Source of the DNA: Candidatus Parcubacteria bacterium
GTDB taxonomy: Bacteria > Patescibacteriota > Saccharimonadia > UBA4664 > JBIOIQ01
Assembly: GCA_963718875.1 (NCBI GenBank)
Contig: OY970378.1
Coordinates: forward strand, 4,396-68,395
DNA length: 64,000 bases
Direction of reading: 5' to 3'
The notes under the pieces are model-generated. The model was not told the DNA's origin, did no database searches, and worked only from the letters and a program-made list of their open reading frames with translations. This document shows positions 18,684 through 30,174 of the stretch, one piece after another. A program made the translations under genes and the position numbers. The stretch's first letter is position 1. Each line of letters begins with the position of its first letter.

Positions 18684-18968
18684 CTAGACGTCCGCAAAAA
18701 CTGTAACAGTGTTATCAAGTACTTTGATAATGCCATGGTTCACCGGAAAACTTAAGCTTTCATAGCCAGTCTCTACCACCACGTCACAAGCAATGAGAAG
18801 GGTAAAAAAATTGGCATGGTCGTAAAGAATATCAAATGGACCGGTTTTGTTGTTGGCTGAAAGCGACACTGCCGCCCCTTGGTAGTACATTTGATAAGGA
18901 GAAAAAACTTTGACATTGAGTTTTTGGGCAGTCTTTGATGATGTTGGTGATGACACTTTTTTAGTCAT
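18684..18968 (-). CDS. atpC: F1-like ATPase epsilon-like subunit (N-terminal beta-sandwich only)
   Basis: LNVKVFSP...GPFDILYDHANF...GIIKV...VTVFAD; no C-terminal helices; follows beta. Confidence 0.8.
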   Translation of the reverse strand: MTKKVSSPTSSKTAQKLNVKVFSPYQMYYQGAAVSLSANNKTGPFDILYDHANFFTLLIACDVVVETGYESLSFPVNHGIIKVLDNTVTVFADV

Positions 18969-18970
18969 AA

Positions 18971-21122
<2,152 letters not shown>

Positions 21123-21126
<4 letters not shown>

Positions 21127-22547
21127 GCTGACGCTTGAATAGAGTTAGATTTAATTAACTGGCTTATTGCAGAATCAAAATGTTGTTCAGTTGATAACTC
21201 TAAGGCTAGTTCTTTGGTTTGGCGCTTAAGCGAGTCGACGTTAAGTTTGATTTTACCTGCCGCATTAAGTACAGCAGACAGCATGAGCTGTTGCTCAGTT
21301 AAAGTATAGCGCTCATCGGGGGTTTGCTTGAAAACTTCATAAATATTTTTTCCCAACTCTAAACTGGCTTGAGACTCTAGGGCAAGCTCTGAACCAAAGT
21401 GTGAAAACTCCGAGGCCTGGCGGTATCCAGCCAGTGTTTTAAACAGATTACTCGATAAATTTTTTCGTAATGTGTTTTGGGCTCTACCCCCAACCCGCGA
21501 AACACTCAAGCCGGCATCGACGGCAGGGCGAATGCCTTGGCGAAATTGCTCTAGCGCAAAAATGATTTGCCCATCTGTAATAGACATTATGCTAGTCGGC
21601 AAATAAGCTGTAATGTCGTCGCTTGGTGTTACTACCACCGGGATCGCAGTGAGAGTTTTGCCATTGCTGGCTAGTTTGCCAGCTCGCTCCAATAAAGACG
21701 AGTGAGCATAAAACATATCACCGGGGTAAGAATCACGACCTGGGGGCACCTGTGATAACAAAGAAATTTCGCGATAGACTTTGGCATGACTTGAAAGATC
21801 GTCATAAATGACCACCACGTCGTGGCCCTTATGCCACAAATATTCGGCAATAGTGGCAGCAGCATAAGGTATTATGTATGACTGGGCCAATGAGTCGAAA
21901 ATGCTCGCAATCATGACAATCGTGTGTTCCAATGCTCCAGTCGCGGTTAATTTGGTAATAAGATTATCAACGTCGACTTTGCGCTTGCTAATTAAGACAT
22001 AAATAACAATATGACCCGTTCCTAACTGATTAACCGTCAAGCTAGTAAGAAAAGCTGTTTTGCCAGCTCGAGTGTCACCTAGGACCGCAATACGCTGTCC
22101 TAATACTATAGGGAACAAGGTATCTACTAAAGTAGTCCCCGTTATGAGCTGTTCATTTAGTAGGCTTCGCTCCATAATACCAGGAGCTGTGGCAAAAATT
22201 GATTGAGCCTGTGCAACCGCAATCGGCCCTTTTCCATCAAGCGGGACTCCCAAAGCTGAAATTACTCTTCCTACCAGCTCTTCACCCACTGGGGTTGTCA
22301 GTGTTTCATTTTGCAAAACAACCAGTGTCTTGAGAGTTATTTTTTCGCTGTTCAAATTCAAGACAGTCACCATGTCGGCGGTTATTTCCCGGACCAACCC
22401 TTGTTCTCCATTTTCAAACATCACCAGAGCCCCTACTGCTATATGTCGCAGCCCCTTAACTTTGACGAGAAATCGGTTTACTGCTACTACCTCTCCTGTG
22501 GGATTGTCTTGGTCTATTAATGCCTGAAAAGTTTGGTTTTCAAACAT
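21123..22547 (-). CDS. atpA: F1-like ATPase alpha subunit (divergent)
   Basis: GQRIAVLGDTRAGKT, YDDLSSHA, PPGRDSYPGDMFYAHSSLLERAG, SITDGQI, SVSRVGG. Confidence 0.95.
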
Positions 22548-23043
22548 CTTTGGCTGTACCCACCGTGTATCGCTTCATAACCTTTACCATCGCTTCAGAG
22601 TCGTTTAAAAGAGCTTTGCGGAACGAAAAATCATGAAGCTTGCTGCCCGTGCGTAGTGCAAACCCTCCCGCCAAAGCCCGATTGTATTCAAACGCAAGCA
22701 ATGCAAAAGCATGTATTTCGTTACGGAACCAAACCACAATATCGTTTCTTAGTTGAGCAGTGGGCAGACCTGGTAATGTTAGGCGTATTTCCGGAGCGGA
22801 GGTTTTTAGTTGTTCGAGCCAAGATAGGGCTTTTTCTAACTCAAATAGGGCTGGGAGAGTTTGGCTTGATTTCATCGATAACACCTCCGTGAGTCCTGGC
22901 GAAACAGCAGCTGTAGTAAAAGTTTTGGTAGGAGTGAGACTATGTTCTCGCGACAAATCAACTAACTCTGAGGCCTCTAAGTACAGTAGCTCCAAATCAT
23001 CACGACCAATTGTGATGGGACTTAGCTTATAGCCCACTATCAA
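22540..23043 (-). CDS. Delta/OSCP-like subunit
   Basis: C-terminal LAGGFALRTGSKLHDFSF resembles delta LIGG..IR.GD...D.S; atpH position. Confidence 0.7.
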   Translation of the reverse strand: MIVGYKLSPITIGRDDLELLYLEASELVDLSREHSLTPTKTFTTAAVSPGLTEVLSMKSSQTLPALFELEKALSWLEQLKTSAPEIRLTLPGLPTAQLRNDIVVWFRNEIHAFALLAFEYNRALAGGFALRTGSKLHDFSFRKALLNDSEAMVKVMKRYTVGTAKDV

Positions 23044-23650
23044 GGGCCTTTTTAATTTCGTCTTTGTGATGCTCTAGAGTGGCGAAAAGATATCCCCTTT
23101 GGGCGCCAAGATCGACATTGGTTCCCAATGTTTCTACTAAATATCCAGCTATAATGTCGCCCATATTGTGCTCAAAGGCTTCGATAATTTTTTGTTTTTC
23201 TGCTTCTACTACTACAGTCATGTCTTGGCTTTGCTTTTGGCTTTCTTCTTTAATTGTAGTCTGTATTCGACTAAGAGTTTCAATTGAAGCCTGGCGCATT
23301 TCACCAAAAGCGTCTTGGTACTTGGTAAGCTCATCAGCAATGACCTTGTCCGTTAGTTCTTCGACTTTGGTGTTAACTTTTTTCGAAGTATTAGCAAGAT
23401 CCTCTTGAAAGTGTTTAGTGACGTTAATCAAGACTTTTTGAATATCATCCTTGGCAACATTTTCTAAACGTAGTAATTCTTCGGCTACAAGAATGGTATG
23501 AGCCTGGTCATTGCTGGCCTCGACTAGATTGGGGGTTTTTAATGGAGCAAGTTTTAGCCTTTTTTGAAGCACTAAAACCCAGTACAAGCTACCAAGGTTG
23601 ATTACGCCAAGCGCAATGATGACCGCAAATACGGCATAATACTGGTTCAT
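23027..23650 (-). CDS. b-like peripheral stalk subunit
   Basis: One N-terminal TM followed by a long charged coiled coil; atpF position. Confidence 0.65.
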   Translation of the reverse strand: MNQYYAVFAVIIALGVINLGSLYWVLVLQKRLKLAPLKTPNLVEASNDQAHTILVAEELLRLENVAKDDIQKVLINVTKHFQEDLANTSKKVNTKVEELTDKVIADELTKYQDAFGEMRQASIETLSRIQTTIKEESQKQSQDMTVVVEAEKQKIIEAFEHNMGDIIAGYLVETLGTNVDLGAQRGYLFATLEHHKDEIKKALDSGL

Positions 23651-23671
23651 GCAGAAGCCGTGAGCCGCATA

Positions 23672-23733
23672 CCGTTATCCGTATACCGTAGCAAACGGAA
23701 GACGAAAGACGAAAGACGGAAGACTATAAGATC
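23672..23733. repeat. Degenerate heptamer repeats in the operon spacer
   Basis: accgtta tccgtat accgtag caaacgg aagacga aagacga aagacgg aagacta taagat. Confidence 0.7.
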
Positions 23734-23756
23734 TTTAATTAAAATTATCATTCTGC

Positions 23757-24617
23757 TCACCTACTTAATATCAAGTATACCGAAATAAGCGTAACCAGTA
23801 AAATAATACCGACTAATCCCAATATTTGCAGTAAGCTTTTTCGAACGGGTAATTTCGACAAGGGGTTGCGACCGATGGATATAATGCTGCTGCCGACTGC
23901 ACTATATACAAGAGTGACCGATATAATTAAAGCAACCAATAAAAGCAGGCCACTGATTAAAATGCGGGTGGACGAAACCTGTCGGCCAGCAACTGTATTA
24001 CTAAAGTCTTGTAAGGCTTGCGGAATTATGCCCCGATTGGCGTTGGGCGGGCCACCATAATAACCAACGTTTATTTGTACCAAAACTCTTCCAACACGAG
24101 TAGATACTGTTGCGCCGTCAACGTTTTCGGCTTGAATAGTTTGAACATTGGACGAGGAACCCAGATCCGTTTTAGCCAGTCCTAGCACCCGAGACTCAGA
24201 TGTTGATTTCATTCCAACGCCGGCTATAGACGAAGCTGTTATATAATCCCCTTTTTTTACTTCGCCATTTATGTCTGAAACTAGTGCGTAGGCCAAGCCA
24301 TTAATAGCAACCTGGCGCTGGCCGCTGCCGGAATTAACTGTCAAAAGCGGTTCTTCAGATCCAACTACCACGCCAATCAAATCGCTAGAGCTTGAAATTG
24401 TAGCCGGCTTAGCAAAGCCCGCGCTAGCGTTATCACTTACTACCAATGTCCCTTCAGTAACGGCGCCGGTAATACGATGTCCGACGGACGTTGTAACTCT
24501 ACTGTCTTGTGCCGAAGCGCGGGCAGTGACAATAAGAACCAAAGCCAATAGCCCTGTAAGCCAAAAGATATGAAACATTGTGAAAGACTTTAAAAGTAAG
24601 CTGTTTAACGTCGGCAT
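23757..24617 (-). CDS. Secreted beta-domain fused to C-terminal c-subunit-like TM hairpin (IGRNP loop)
   Basis: Signal-peptide-like N-terminus; VSDINGEVKKGDYITASSIAGVGMK domain; TM-SIISIGRNPLSK-TM; atpE position. Confidence 0.75.
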   Translation of the reverse strand: MPTLNSLLLKSFTMFHIFWLTGLLALVLIVTARASAQDSRVTTSVGHRITGAVTEGTLVVSDNASAGFAKPATISSSSDLIGVVVGSEEPLLTVNSGSGQRQVAINGLAYALVSDINGEVKKGDYITASSIAGVGMKSTSESRVLGLAKTDLGSSSNVQTIQAENVDGATVSTRVGRVLVQINVGYYGGPPNANRGIIPQALQDFSNTVAGRQVSSTRILISGLLLLVALIISVTLVYSAVGSSIISIGRNPLSKLPVRKSLLQILGLVGIILLVTLISVYLILSR

Positions 24618-24710
24618 TATACTTATGATTATACACCGCCCTTTACCTCTTGCGTCACCTTTATACCTGATATACAATAACGGTAACGTTAATTTGTGAG
24701 GCAGTTTTTT

Positions 24711-25214
24711 ATGGATGTTCGTCAACAACAGCAATCATCACGTCCGGAACCAGCACCAGCACCGGTAGCTCGTGAGAGCTTGCGAGTAAAAAGCCAAAAT
24801 TTAAATAAAGTTTTGTATGGCTTGATTGGTGTTTTGGCTGCACTGGGAATTATCGGGCTGCTATCGAAGGGTTTTAACGCTTTTACAGCCAACCAAGCCG
24901 TGTCAAACAAAGAATACCAAGCATTGTTTCTAACAAATGGCCAAGTATACTTTGGTAAACTTTCAGGTGTGGCCAATGACTATGTTAAATTAACAGACAT
25001 TTATTATTTACAGGTTCAGCAGGCTGTGCAACCAAAAGACTCGTCGCAGCAAGCCCAGCAATCTGTTTCACTAGCCAAGCTGGGTGGTGAATTGCATGGT
25101 CCAGAAGACTCAATGTACGTATCCCGACAGCAAGTGCTATTCTGGGAAAACATGAAAGACAGCGGGAAAGTAGTTACTGCCATTAAAGAGTACCAAGCTA
25201 AGCAGAAAAAATAG
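24711..25214 (+). CDS. Conserved CPR-type membrane-anchored hypothetical protein
   Basis: TM then YQALFLTNGQVYFGKL...KLGGELHGPED...FWENMK. Confidence 0.8.
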   Translation: MDVRQQQQSSRPEPAPAPVARESLRVKSQNLNKVLYGLIGVLAALGIIGLLSKGFNAFTANQAVSNKEYQALFLTNGQVYFGKLSGVANDYVKLTDIYYLQVQQAVQPKDSSQQAQQSVSLAKLGGELHGPEDSMYVSRQQVLFWENMKDSGKVVTAIKEYQAKQKK

Positions 25215-25226
25215 CTCAAACAATTA

Positions 25227-25252
25227 AAGGCCTCGCAAGGGGCCTTTTTTTG
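25227..25252 (+). terminator. Rho-independent terminator
   Basis: aaggcctcgcaaggggcc followed by T8. Confidence 0.8.
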
Positions 25253-25710
25253 TAGCAATATTTTAGGTGATGAAACCATATTTTATAACTATGCCAAGTA
25301 TATAATTATATGTATCTGATTTAACTCGCAAGGATGTCGTAACAGAGCTTGTAGCCATAATTAAGTCTTACTTGAAATTGCCGATATGACAGGTAAAAAG
25401 AAAAACTCTTTTAATGGTAAGCTGTGGGGGGTTCTCCCTCTCGTTTTCTTTCCCTCGTTGTCTTCCCCTCGTTACCCTTATCGTCTGCCCGACCCTGAAC
25501 CAAAACAGTCAAGCGTAAGGGATCCGGTACTTCATTTTTGGGTATTATTAGAATTATATAATTCGCGAAAACCTTTAAATAGACATGTGGGTTGTCTTGG
25601 TAATAGAATAGCCCTGAATTCAAAACCCTCCATACTTGTCATCCTCGGTGAGTGGATCGCGGGTCCTTTTTTGGGTTGGATTTCGGCTTTTTAAAGGTGC
25701 CTAGGGCATA

Positions 25711-25798
25711 CACATTTGCTATAGGTCTAAGTTAGACATGTTTAAAGCGCTTAAAAGCAGTCTATGTTAGACCTATACAAGAATTGCAATGAGGGTGG
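25711..25798. repeat. ~88-bp dispersed palindromic repeat, copy 1
   Basis: Closely matches the reverse complement of 39088-39175. Confidence 0.85.
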
Positions 25799-25915
25799 TT
25801 GCTTGCAGATGTCGTTAAGAAGCGTCAAAACGCTTTTTACAAAACAAGTTGCCAGCTAGAAATAGGGTTATGCTTATATGTTGTATTACAAGACCTGAGT
25901 CTCAAAACCCCATAT

Positions 25916-25997
25916 GTCATCTCGACCGGAGCGGAGAGATCTATCCAGATAGATGTTTCGACTTCGCCTGCCTGTCGGCAGACAGGCTCAACATGAC
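25916..25997. repeat. GTCAT...ATGAC REP-like element with inserted GCCTGCCTGTCGGCAGACAGGC hairpin
   Basis: Same backbone as 13653-13720 in inverted orientation. Confidence 0.8.
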
Positions 25998-26112
25998 ATA
26001 GGAGAAGTAGATTACAAAATTGAATCTGAGCTGCAGAATTAGAATGGGGATATGTTTATATGTAATAGTGAAGCCATAATAAGTGATTTATATAGTGAAA
26101 AGTTCTAGCGGC

Positions 26113-26153
26113 AACTAAAAAGCCCCCGCTGTAAAGCAAGGGGCTTTTTTAGT
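26113..26153 (-). terminator. Rho-independent terminator of the RRM gene
   Basis: aactaaaaagcccc...ggggctttttt-agtt. Confidence 0.75.
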
Positions 26154-26171
26154 TATCTAGTTAGAATCTAA

Positions 26172-26435
26172 TTAGAATCGTGACTCAGTTTTTGGACGAG
26201 CCTCGTTAACGGTCAATTTGCGTCCGTCTACGTCGCTTCCGTCGAGCTGCTTGATAGCTGCATCGGCTTCGGCGTCGTTTGAAAATTCTACAAAGCCGAA
26301 GCCTTTAGAACGTCCACTGTCGCGGTCGGTGATAACTGTAGCGCTATCAACAGTACCAAAACTGACAAACATGTCTCTTAATTGATCACTTGTTACTGAA
26401 TAGGCTAAATTGCCTACAAATAATTTTTTTGCCAC
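26172..26435 (-). CDS. RRM RNA-binding protein
   Basis: RNP2 LFVGNL and RNP1 KGFGFVEF; GGAG SD before GTG start. Confidence 0.95.
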   Translation of the reverse strand: MAKKLFVGNLAYSVTSDQLRDMFVSFGTVDSATVITDRDSGRSKGFGFVEFSNDAEADAAIKQLDGSDVDGRKLTVNEARPKTESRF

Positions 26436-26576
26436 TGATTGGCTCCTTCTTCATCATTCTAGCCAATCAGCGATGGTCGCTTCTCTTACTAGGACGATTG
26501 GTTCTTTCTCTTAGAACCCTAATTTATCTTACGGCTGAATCTTAGCACAGTTTTTTAAATTTGTAAATGATTATTT

Positions 26577-26743
26577 ACCTGAATCAAGAAACTCCCAACC
26601 TGTCATTCCCTATCGGAAGCCAAACTCCACCCTTGCCTAGTTTGGTGCTCCGGATAGGGAATCAGATCCTCCGGTCATCCGTCGCTTGACGGACGTAGGA
26701 TGACAAGTGAGGTTAACAGATGTAGAGGTTTCTTGATTCAGGT
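26577..26743. mobile_element. MITE with ACCTGAATCAAGAAAC TIRs enclosing a GTCATTCCC REP-like element
   Basis: 16-bp TIR; ttattt repeated on both flanks. Confidence 0.7.
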
Positions 26744-26752
26744 TTATTTGGC

Positions 26753-27328
26753 TTATCGATCGGCAGTAACGGCGGCTTCGCTTAAGATCCACAATAGATA
26801 TATATTGATTGCCAGGCCAATAACGCTGCCTACAGCAGCAAGAGCGTTTCCAAGTGAGTAGCCTTCAATAATTAAGCGACCTGCCATATTAAACCACAAA
26901 TCAACTCCATATTGGGCGGTAACAATCAGAGCAAACACTACTACTGCAAGTAAAACGAACTGCAAGCGAATTTTTTTTATCCATTTGGAAAGGCTACCTT
27001 TGTTGGCGAACTCAGTGCTAAGCACCACCTCATTTCGGGCTTCAACAACGGCATTTACCAGACCTAGATAAATAATGTAGGCGCATAGCCCTACGATAGC
27101 CCAAAATAGGCCCTGAACCCCCAACCGAACCAAAGAAAAACTGTTGAGGTTAACGAGCTGTTGCTGCTTACCGGCTTCTAGGTACGGAGCGAAGCCATTT
27201 CCGCCCAGGAGGTGCGGTAAAACCAGACTCTGGAAGACGAGCATTAGCATTGATAATGATAGGGCCAGCGATACTAGAGCCTGGCGGGCGGTGGGCATGA
27301 GAATGTTCATTATGCGATGTGGAGTCAT
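26753..27328 (-). CDS. Hypothetical 4-TM membrane protein
   Basis: Four hydrophobic segments; TATAAT shortly before ATG. Confidence 0.7.
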   Translation of the reverse strand: MTPHRIMNILMPTARQALVSLALSLSMLMLVFQSLVLPHLLGGNGFAPYLEAGKQQQLVNLNSFSLVRLGVQGLFWAIVGLCAYIIYLGLVNAVVEARNEVVLSTEFANKGSLSKWIKKIRLQFVLLAVVVFALIVTAQYGVDLWFNMAGRLIIEGYSLGNALAAVGSVIGLAINIYLLWILSEAAVTADR

Positions 27329-27360
27329 ATTAAACAATTATACACGAAGTGCTTATAGCT

Positions 27361-27891
27361 TTATTTATTAGTCTTTGTTTTCATAATACCCAGCCAGATC
27401 GCCAGGGCCAAGCTAATTAGCGCAATTAAGAAGCTTACGCCAGCAAGATCAGGCGCCCAAGCGGGGGCATTCAACCGATAAACGTAAGCTGAATGATCTG
27501 GTAATACTGGGGGTTTTGGTTGGGTACCAGGGGTAGAGTTAGATTGAACATATGCCTCCATGCAACGAGCCGTTTTGACTGCGTCGCTAACCTGGCAGGC
27601 TTTTTGGGCGGCGGCATAGACAGCAGGGTTAGCCGTCGGAATTGAAGCTTGCTCGGCGGCTAGGATGGCGCGCTTATAACTACCTTCTAGGCTAAACGTA
27701 ACACTTGCACGGCTGTGACTGTGAACATAGTTGCTCAATTTGTTGAGATCGGCAGTTATGTCGTCGCCGGCTTGGTCTTTAGCAATAATACTGCGCGCGG
27801 ATGATATTACGTTTTGATGGTTAAGCCCCAGCCCAATAAGGCCAGTGATGAGGGCCAGTACCGCAATAATAATGAGGTAACGTTTTTTCAT
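27361..27891 (-). CDS. Hypothetical protein with N- and C-terminal TMs
   Basis: L..YV.SH, paired Cys, WAPDLAG before the last TM. Confidence 0.75.
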   Translation of the reverse strand: MKKRYLIIIAVLALITGLIGLGLNHQNVISSARSIIAKDQAGDDITADLNKLSNYVHSHSRASVTFSLEGSYKRAILAAEQASIPTANPAVYAAAQKACQVSDAVKTARCMEAYVQSNSTPGTQPKPPVLPDHSAYVYRLNAPAWAPDLAGVSFLIALISLALAIWLGIMKTKTNK

Positions 27892-28065
27892 AACGATTAT
27901 TAAGGTTACAGGCTTGGTGGGTGTAAGTAAACCCCAGAGCGAATATCGAAAGTAAAGGCTGGGATTAGTTTATAAAGAGTGTTGCCGGGGGCGAGCCTGA
28001 TCCGAAGATCTAACCGCCTTTTGTTGGAAAAGGCTTGTCCTTTTGCGCTCGGAGCAGACACCCAT

Positions 28066-28605
28066 CTATTTGAATATATTTCTGCTTGATATGCCCTTGA
28101 CCGACTTAGTTCGCCTACGGTAATAGATATCGATTGGTAGCAAAATGAGGCGCATAAAAAGAACTTTTGTTGCGAGCGAAAAACTATCTATCCAAATTCC
28201 CCAGCTTTGGGCCCGCGAGCTTGAGTTGAATGCAAGCGGTACCCAGAAATATAATCCGTTAAGAATAATTAAAATAAGTAAAATAACTAGCGAGGTCCAG
28301 GTATACACTTCTCCGCGACTGAGCCGGTAGTTGCGACGACTGTCAGTAAACCATAGAAAGGCCATGATTGCTAAGAATATTGTTACCACTACTTGTCCAT
28401 AAGTAATTGGCAATGCGGAAAGGTTGCTACTTGGGACAAAGCTCACAAAGAAGCCCCCAAATGGGGCCGGTTCATAACTCGGATATGGAGGGACAATGGT
28501 TAGCGTAACAAATACGCCCACTGCCAATGATGTACATACAAAAGTTTTGAAGTTCCAACTGCTATTTTTGATATCGTTTAGCAATGTCTTTATATAGCTA
28601 TGCAT
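28066..28605 (-). CDS. Hypothetical membrane protein, coupled to PadR gene
   Basis: Multi-TM; overlaps the PadR gene stop. Confidence 0.7.
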   Translation of the reverse strand: MHSYIKTLLNDIKNSSWNFKTFVCTSLAVGVFVTLTIVPPYPSYEPAPFGGFFVSFVPSSNLSALPITYGQVVVTIFLAIMAFLWFTDSRRNYRLSRGEVYTWTSLVILLILIILNGLYFWVPLAFNSSSRAQSWGIWIDSFSLATKVLFMRLILLPIDIYYRRRTKSVKGISSRNIFK

Positions 28606-28981
28606 TGTACGGACCTTTCTTAATTAATCTCTCCATGGTGACGTTATAGAATGGCCGAATGATATTTCGTTCTAAAAAACTTTCTAAAAGCCGGCTCCCC
28701 AGTTCGGTAAGTCGGTAAACTTTTAGGTCTGGTCCACCTGGAGCTTCCTGGCTAGAAAAATCGAGCATTTCAACGTCATAATATCGTCTTAGTGCACGAT
28801 ACAGGCTTTTATCGTCAGCGGATAACGTACCACCACTATTTTTTACAATAAAAAGCTTTAGTTGTGACATATGCTTTGGTCCATCCTTAAGCGCCAGCAT
28901 TATCCATAGTGTAAGTTGACCTTTTTTGTAAACTTCTTCCCAGCCGGAAAGAAGTTGTTGCTCGTAGCTTGACTGCCACAT
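28598..28981 (-). CDS. PadR-family transcriptional regulator
   Basis: KKGQLTLWIMLALKDGP...SLYRALRR...KVYRLTELG. Confidence 0.88.
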   Translation of the reverse strand: MWQSSYEQQLLSGWEEVYKKGQLTLWIMLALKDGPKHMSQLKLFIVKNSGGTLSADDKSLYRALRRYYDVEMLDFSSQEAPGGPDLKVYRLTELGSRLLESFLERNIIRPFYNVTMERLIKKGPYNA

Positions 28982-29011
28982 TTGAAGACCCTAATTATGT
29001 ATTATACCAAG

Positions 29012-29039
29012 AGTATACTACATCTTGTATACTTGTCAA
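29012..29039 (-). promoter_or_regulatory. Promoter with overlapping palindrome (candidate PadR operator)
   Basis: TTGACA-16-TATACT; AGTATAC-N8-GTATACT at 29012-29033. Confidence 0.55.
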
Positions 29040-29104
29040 TATGAATTATGATGTCTTAAGAATTTTTGAGCAAACTCTTTAATTCAGACATAGACAGAGA
29101 TTAG

Positions 29105-30037
29105 TTACCCCTGCTGCCGCTTTGTTGGCGTTTCTAGCTCAACTTGGATGTGATGGACGGCGGGGACGCGCTGTTTGACGCGCTGTTTAATGTTATCTAT
29201 TAATTGCTCGATTTCGGCGGTACGCAGTTTTTGATCCAAATGGACCTCTAGGTTTACTAAGACGCGATTGGAGCCAAGGTACATGGTGCGCAGGTCCAAA
29301 AGCTGCTTTACGCCTATCACCTCGGTAACGGCAAGTCGGATTTCTTCCTCTGTTTGGGGCGCTGCGCTCTTACCTACCAATAAATCTTTAACTTCACGTA
29401 TGAGTATGACTGCAAAAATAGCCGTAAGAATACCTACTAAAACTGCGCCTATGCCATCAAAGCGCTGGTCACCGGTAATTTGATAGAAGAACAATGAGAC
29501 TATACCTAGCATGGCCGCCAGTGTCCCCATGCAATCTAATATGAGTGTGGCTTTGGCCTCAACATGGGTGGAATGCACGATATTGCTCCATAAAGATCCA
29601 AACTCAGTTGCGCCGAGGCGTCGTAAGCTGAGGCTGAGTGTGTACAAATTACTAATAAATCCAATCGTCAAAGCAATGTAAGCTAAGGGTAGATGGTTTA
29701 AAAACAGCGGATGCAAAATGCGTTGTAAGCCAAAGAATATGGAGAAGGTGGCCGTAATGGTTACCATTGACACTCCGGCCATTAAAATCCAAAAAAATAA
29801 TTCCCGGCCGTAGCCAAATCGATAATCCCGGTTTGATCGCCGGCGAGACTGGCCTACGCCAATTAAAAGTAGCCCAGAGGTTAAAAGATCTGCTCCTCCC
29901 TGCAAGGCTTCAGCCAAAATTACTATTGACCCGGTTATTGCAGCCACAACAAAATTTAATACGAGGTCGGTTACGTCTAACAAAAACGACGTCCACACAA
30001 CTCGTTTGGCTGATACTAGTTTAGAATGACGACTCAT
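29105..30037 (-). CDS. Cation diffusion facilitator (CDF) transporter
   Basis: TGS..ILAEA, YRFGYGRE, TGDQRFDGIG, C-terminal DLRTMYLG...VELE domain. Confidence 0.9.
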   Translation of the reverse strand: MSRHSKLVSAKRVVWTSFLLDVTDLVLNFVVAAITGSIVILAEALQGGADLLTSGLLLIGVGQSRRRSNRDYRFGYGRELFFWILMAGVSMVTITATFSIFFGLQRILHPLFLNHLPLAYIALTIGFISNLYTLSLSLRRLGATEFGSLWSNIVHSTHVEAKATLILDCMGTLAAMLGIVSLFFYQITGDQRFDGIGAVLVGILTAIFAVILIREVKDLLVGKSAAPQTEEEIRLAVTEVIGVKQLLDLRTMYLGSNRVLVNLEVHLDQKLRTAEIEQLIDNIKQRVKQRVPAVHHIQVELETPTKRQQG

Positions 30038-30138
30038 GTCTTTCTAGTTTAGCAGGAAAAGTAGTTATGTTTACTCTAACTATTTAGATTGTTGCCGGCA
30101 TAAGTTCGTAATTTCATTGTCTATAAAAATAAGTATTA

Positions 30139-30158
30139 TTGCAAATTTGTCGCATTTA
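30139..30158. promoter_or_regulatory. Candidate Fur/Zur box
   Basis: ttgcaaatttgtcgcattta; reverse complement matches 53958-53977 at 18/20. Confidence 0.6.
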
Positions 30159-30174
30159 TGTTAATTTTTTGTAC

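Noticed and set aside
25386-25996. ORFs 25386-25694, 25411-25623 and 25799-25996
   Set aside because: They run through repeats and low-complexity DNA and show no protein-like motifs.
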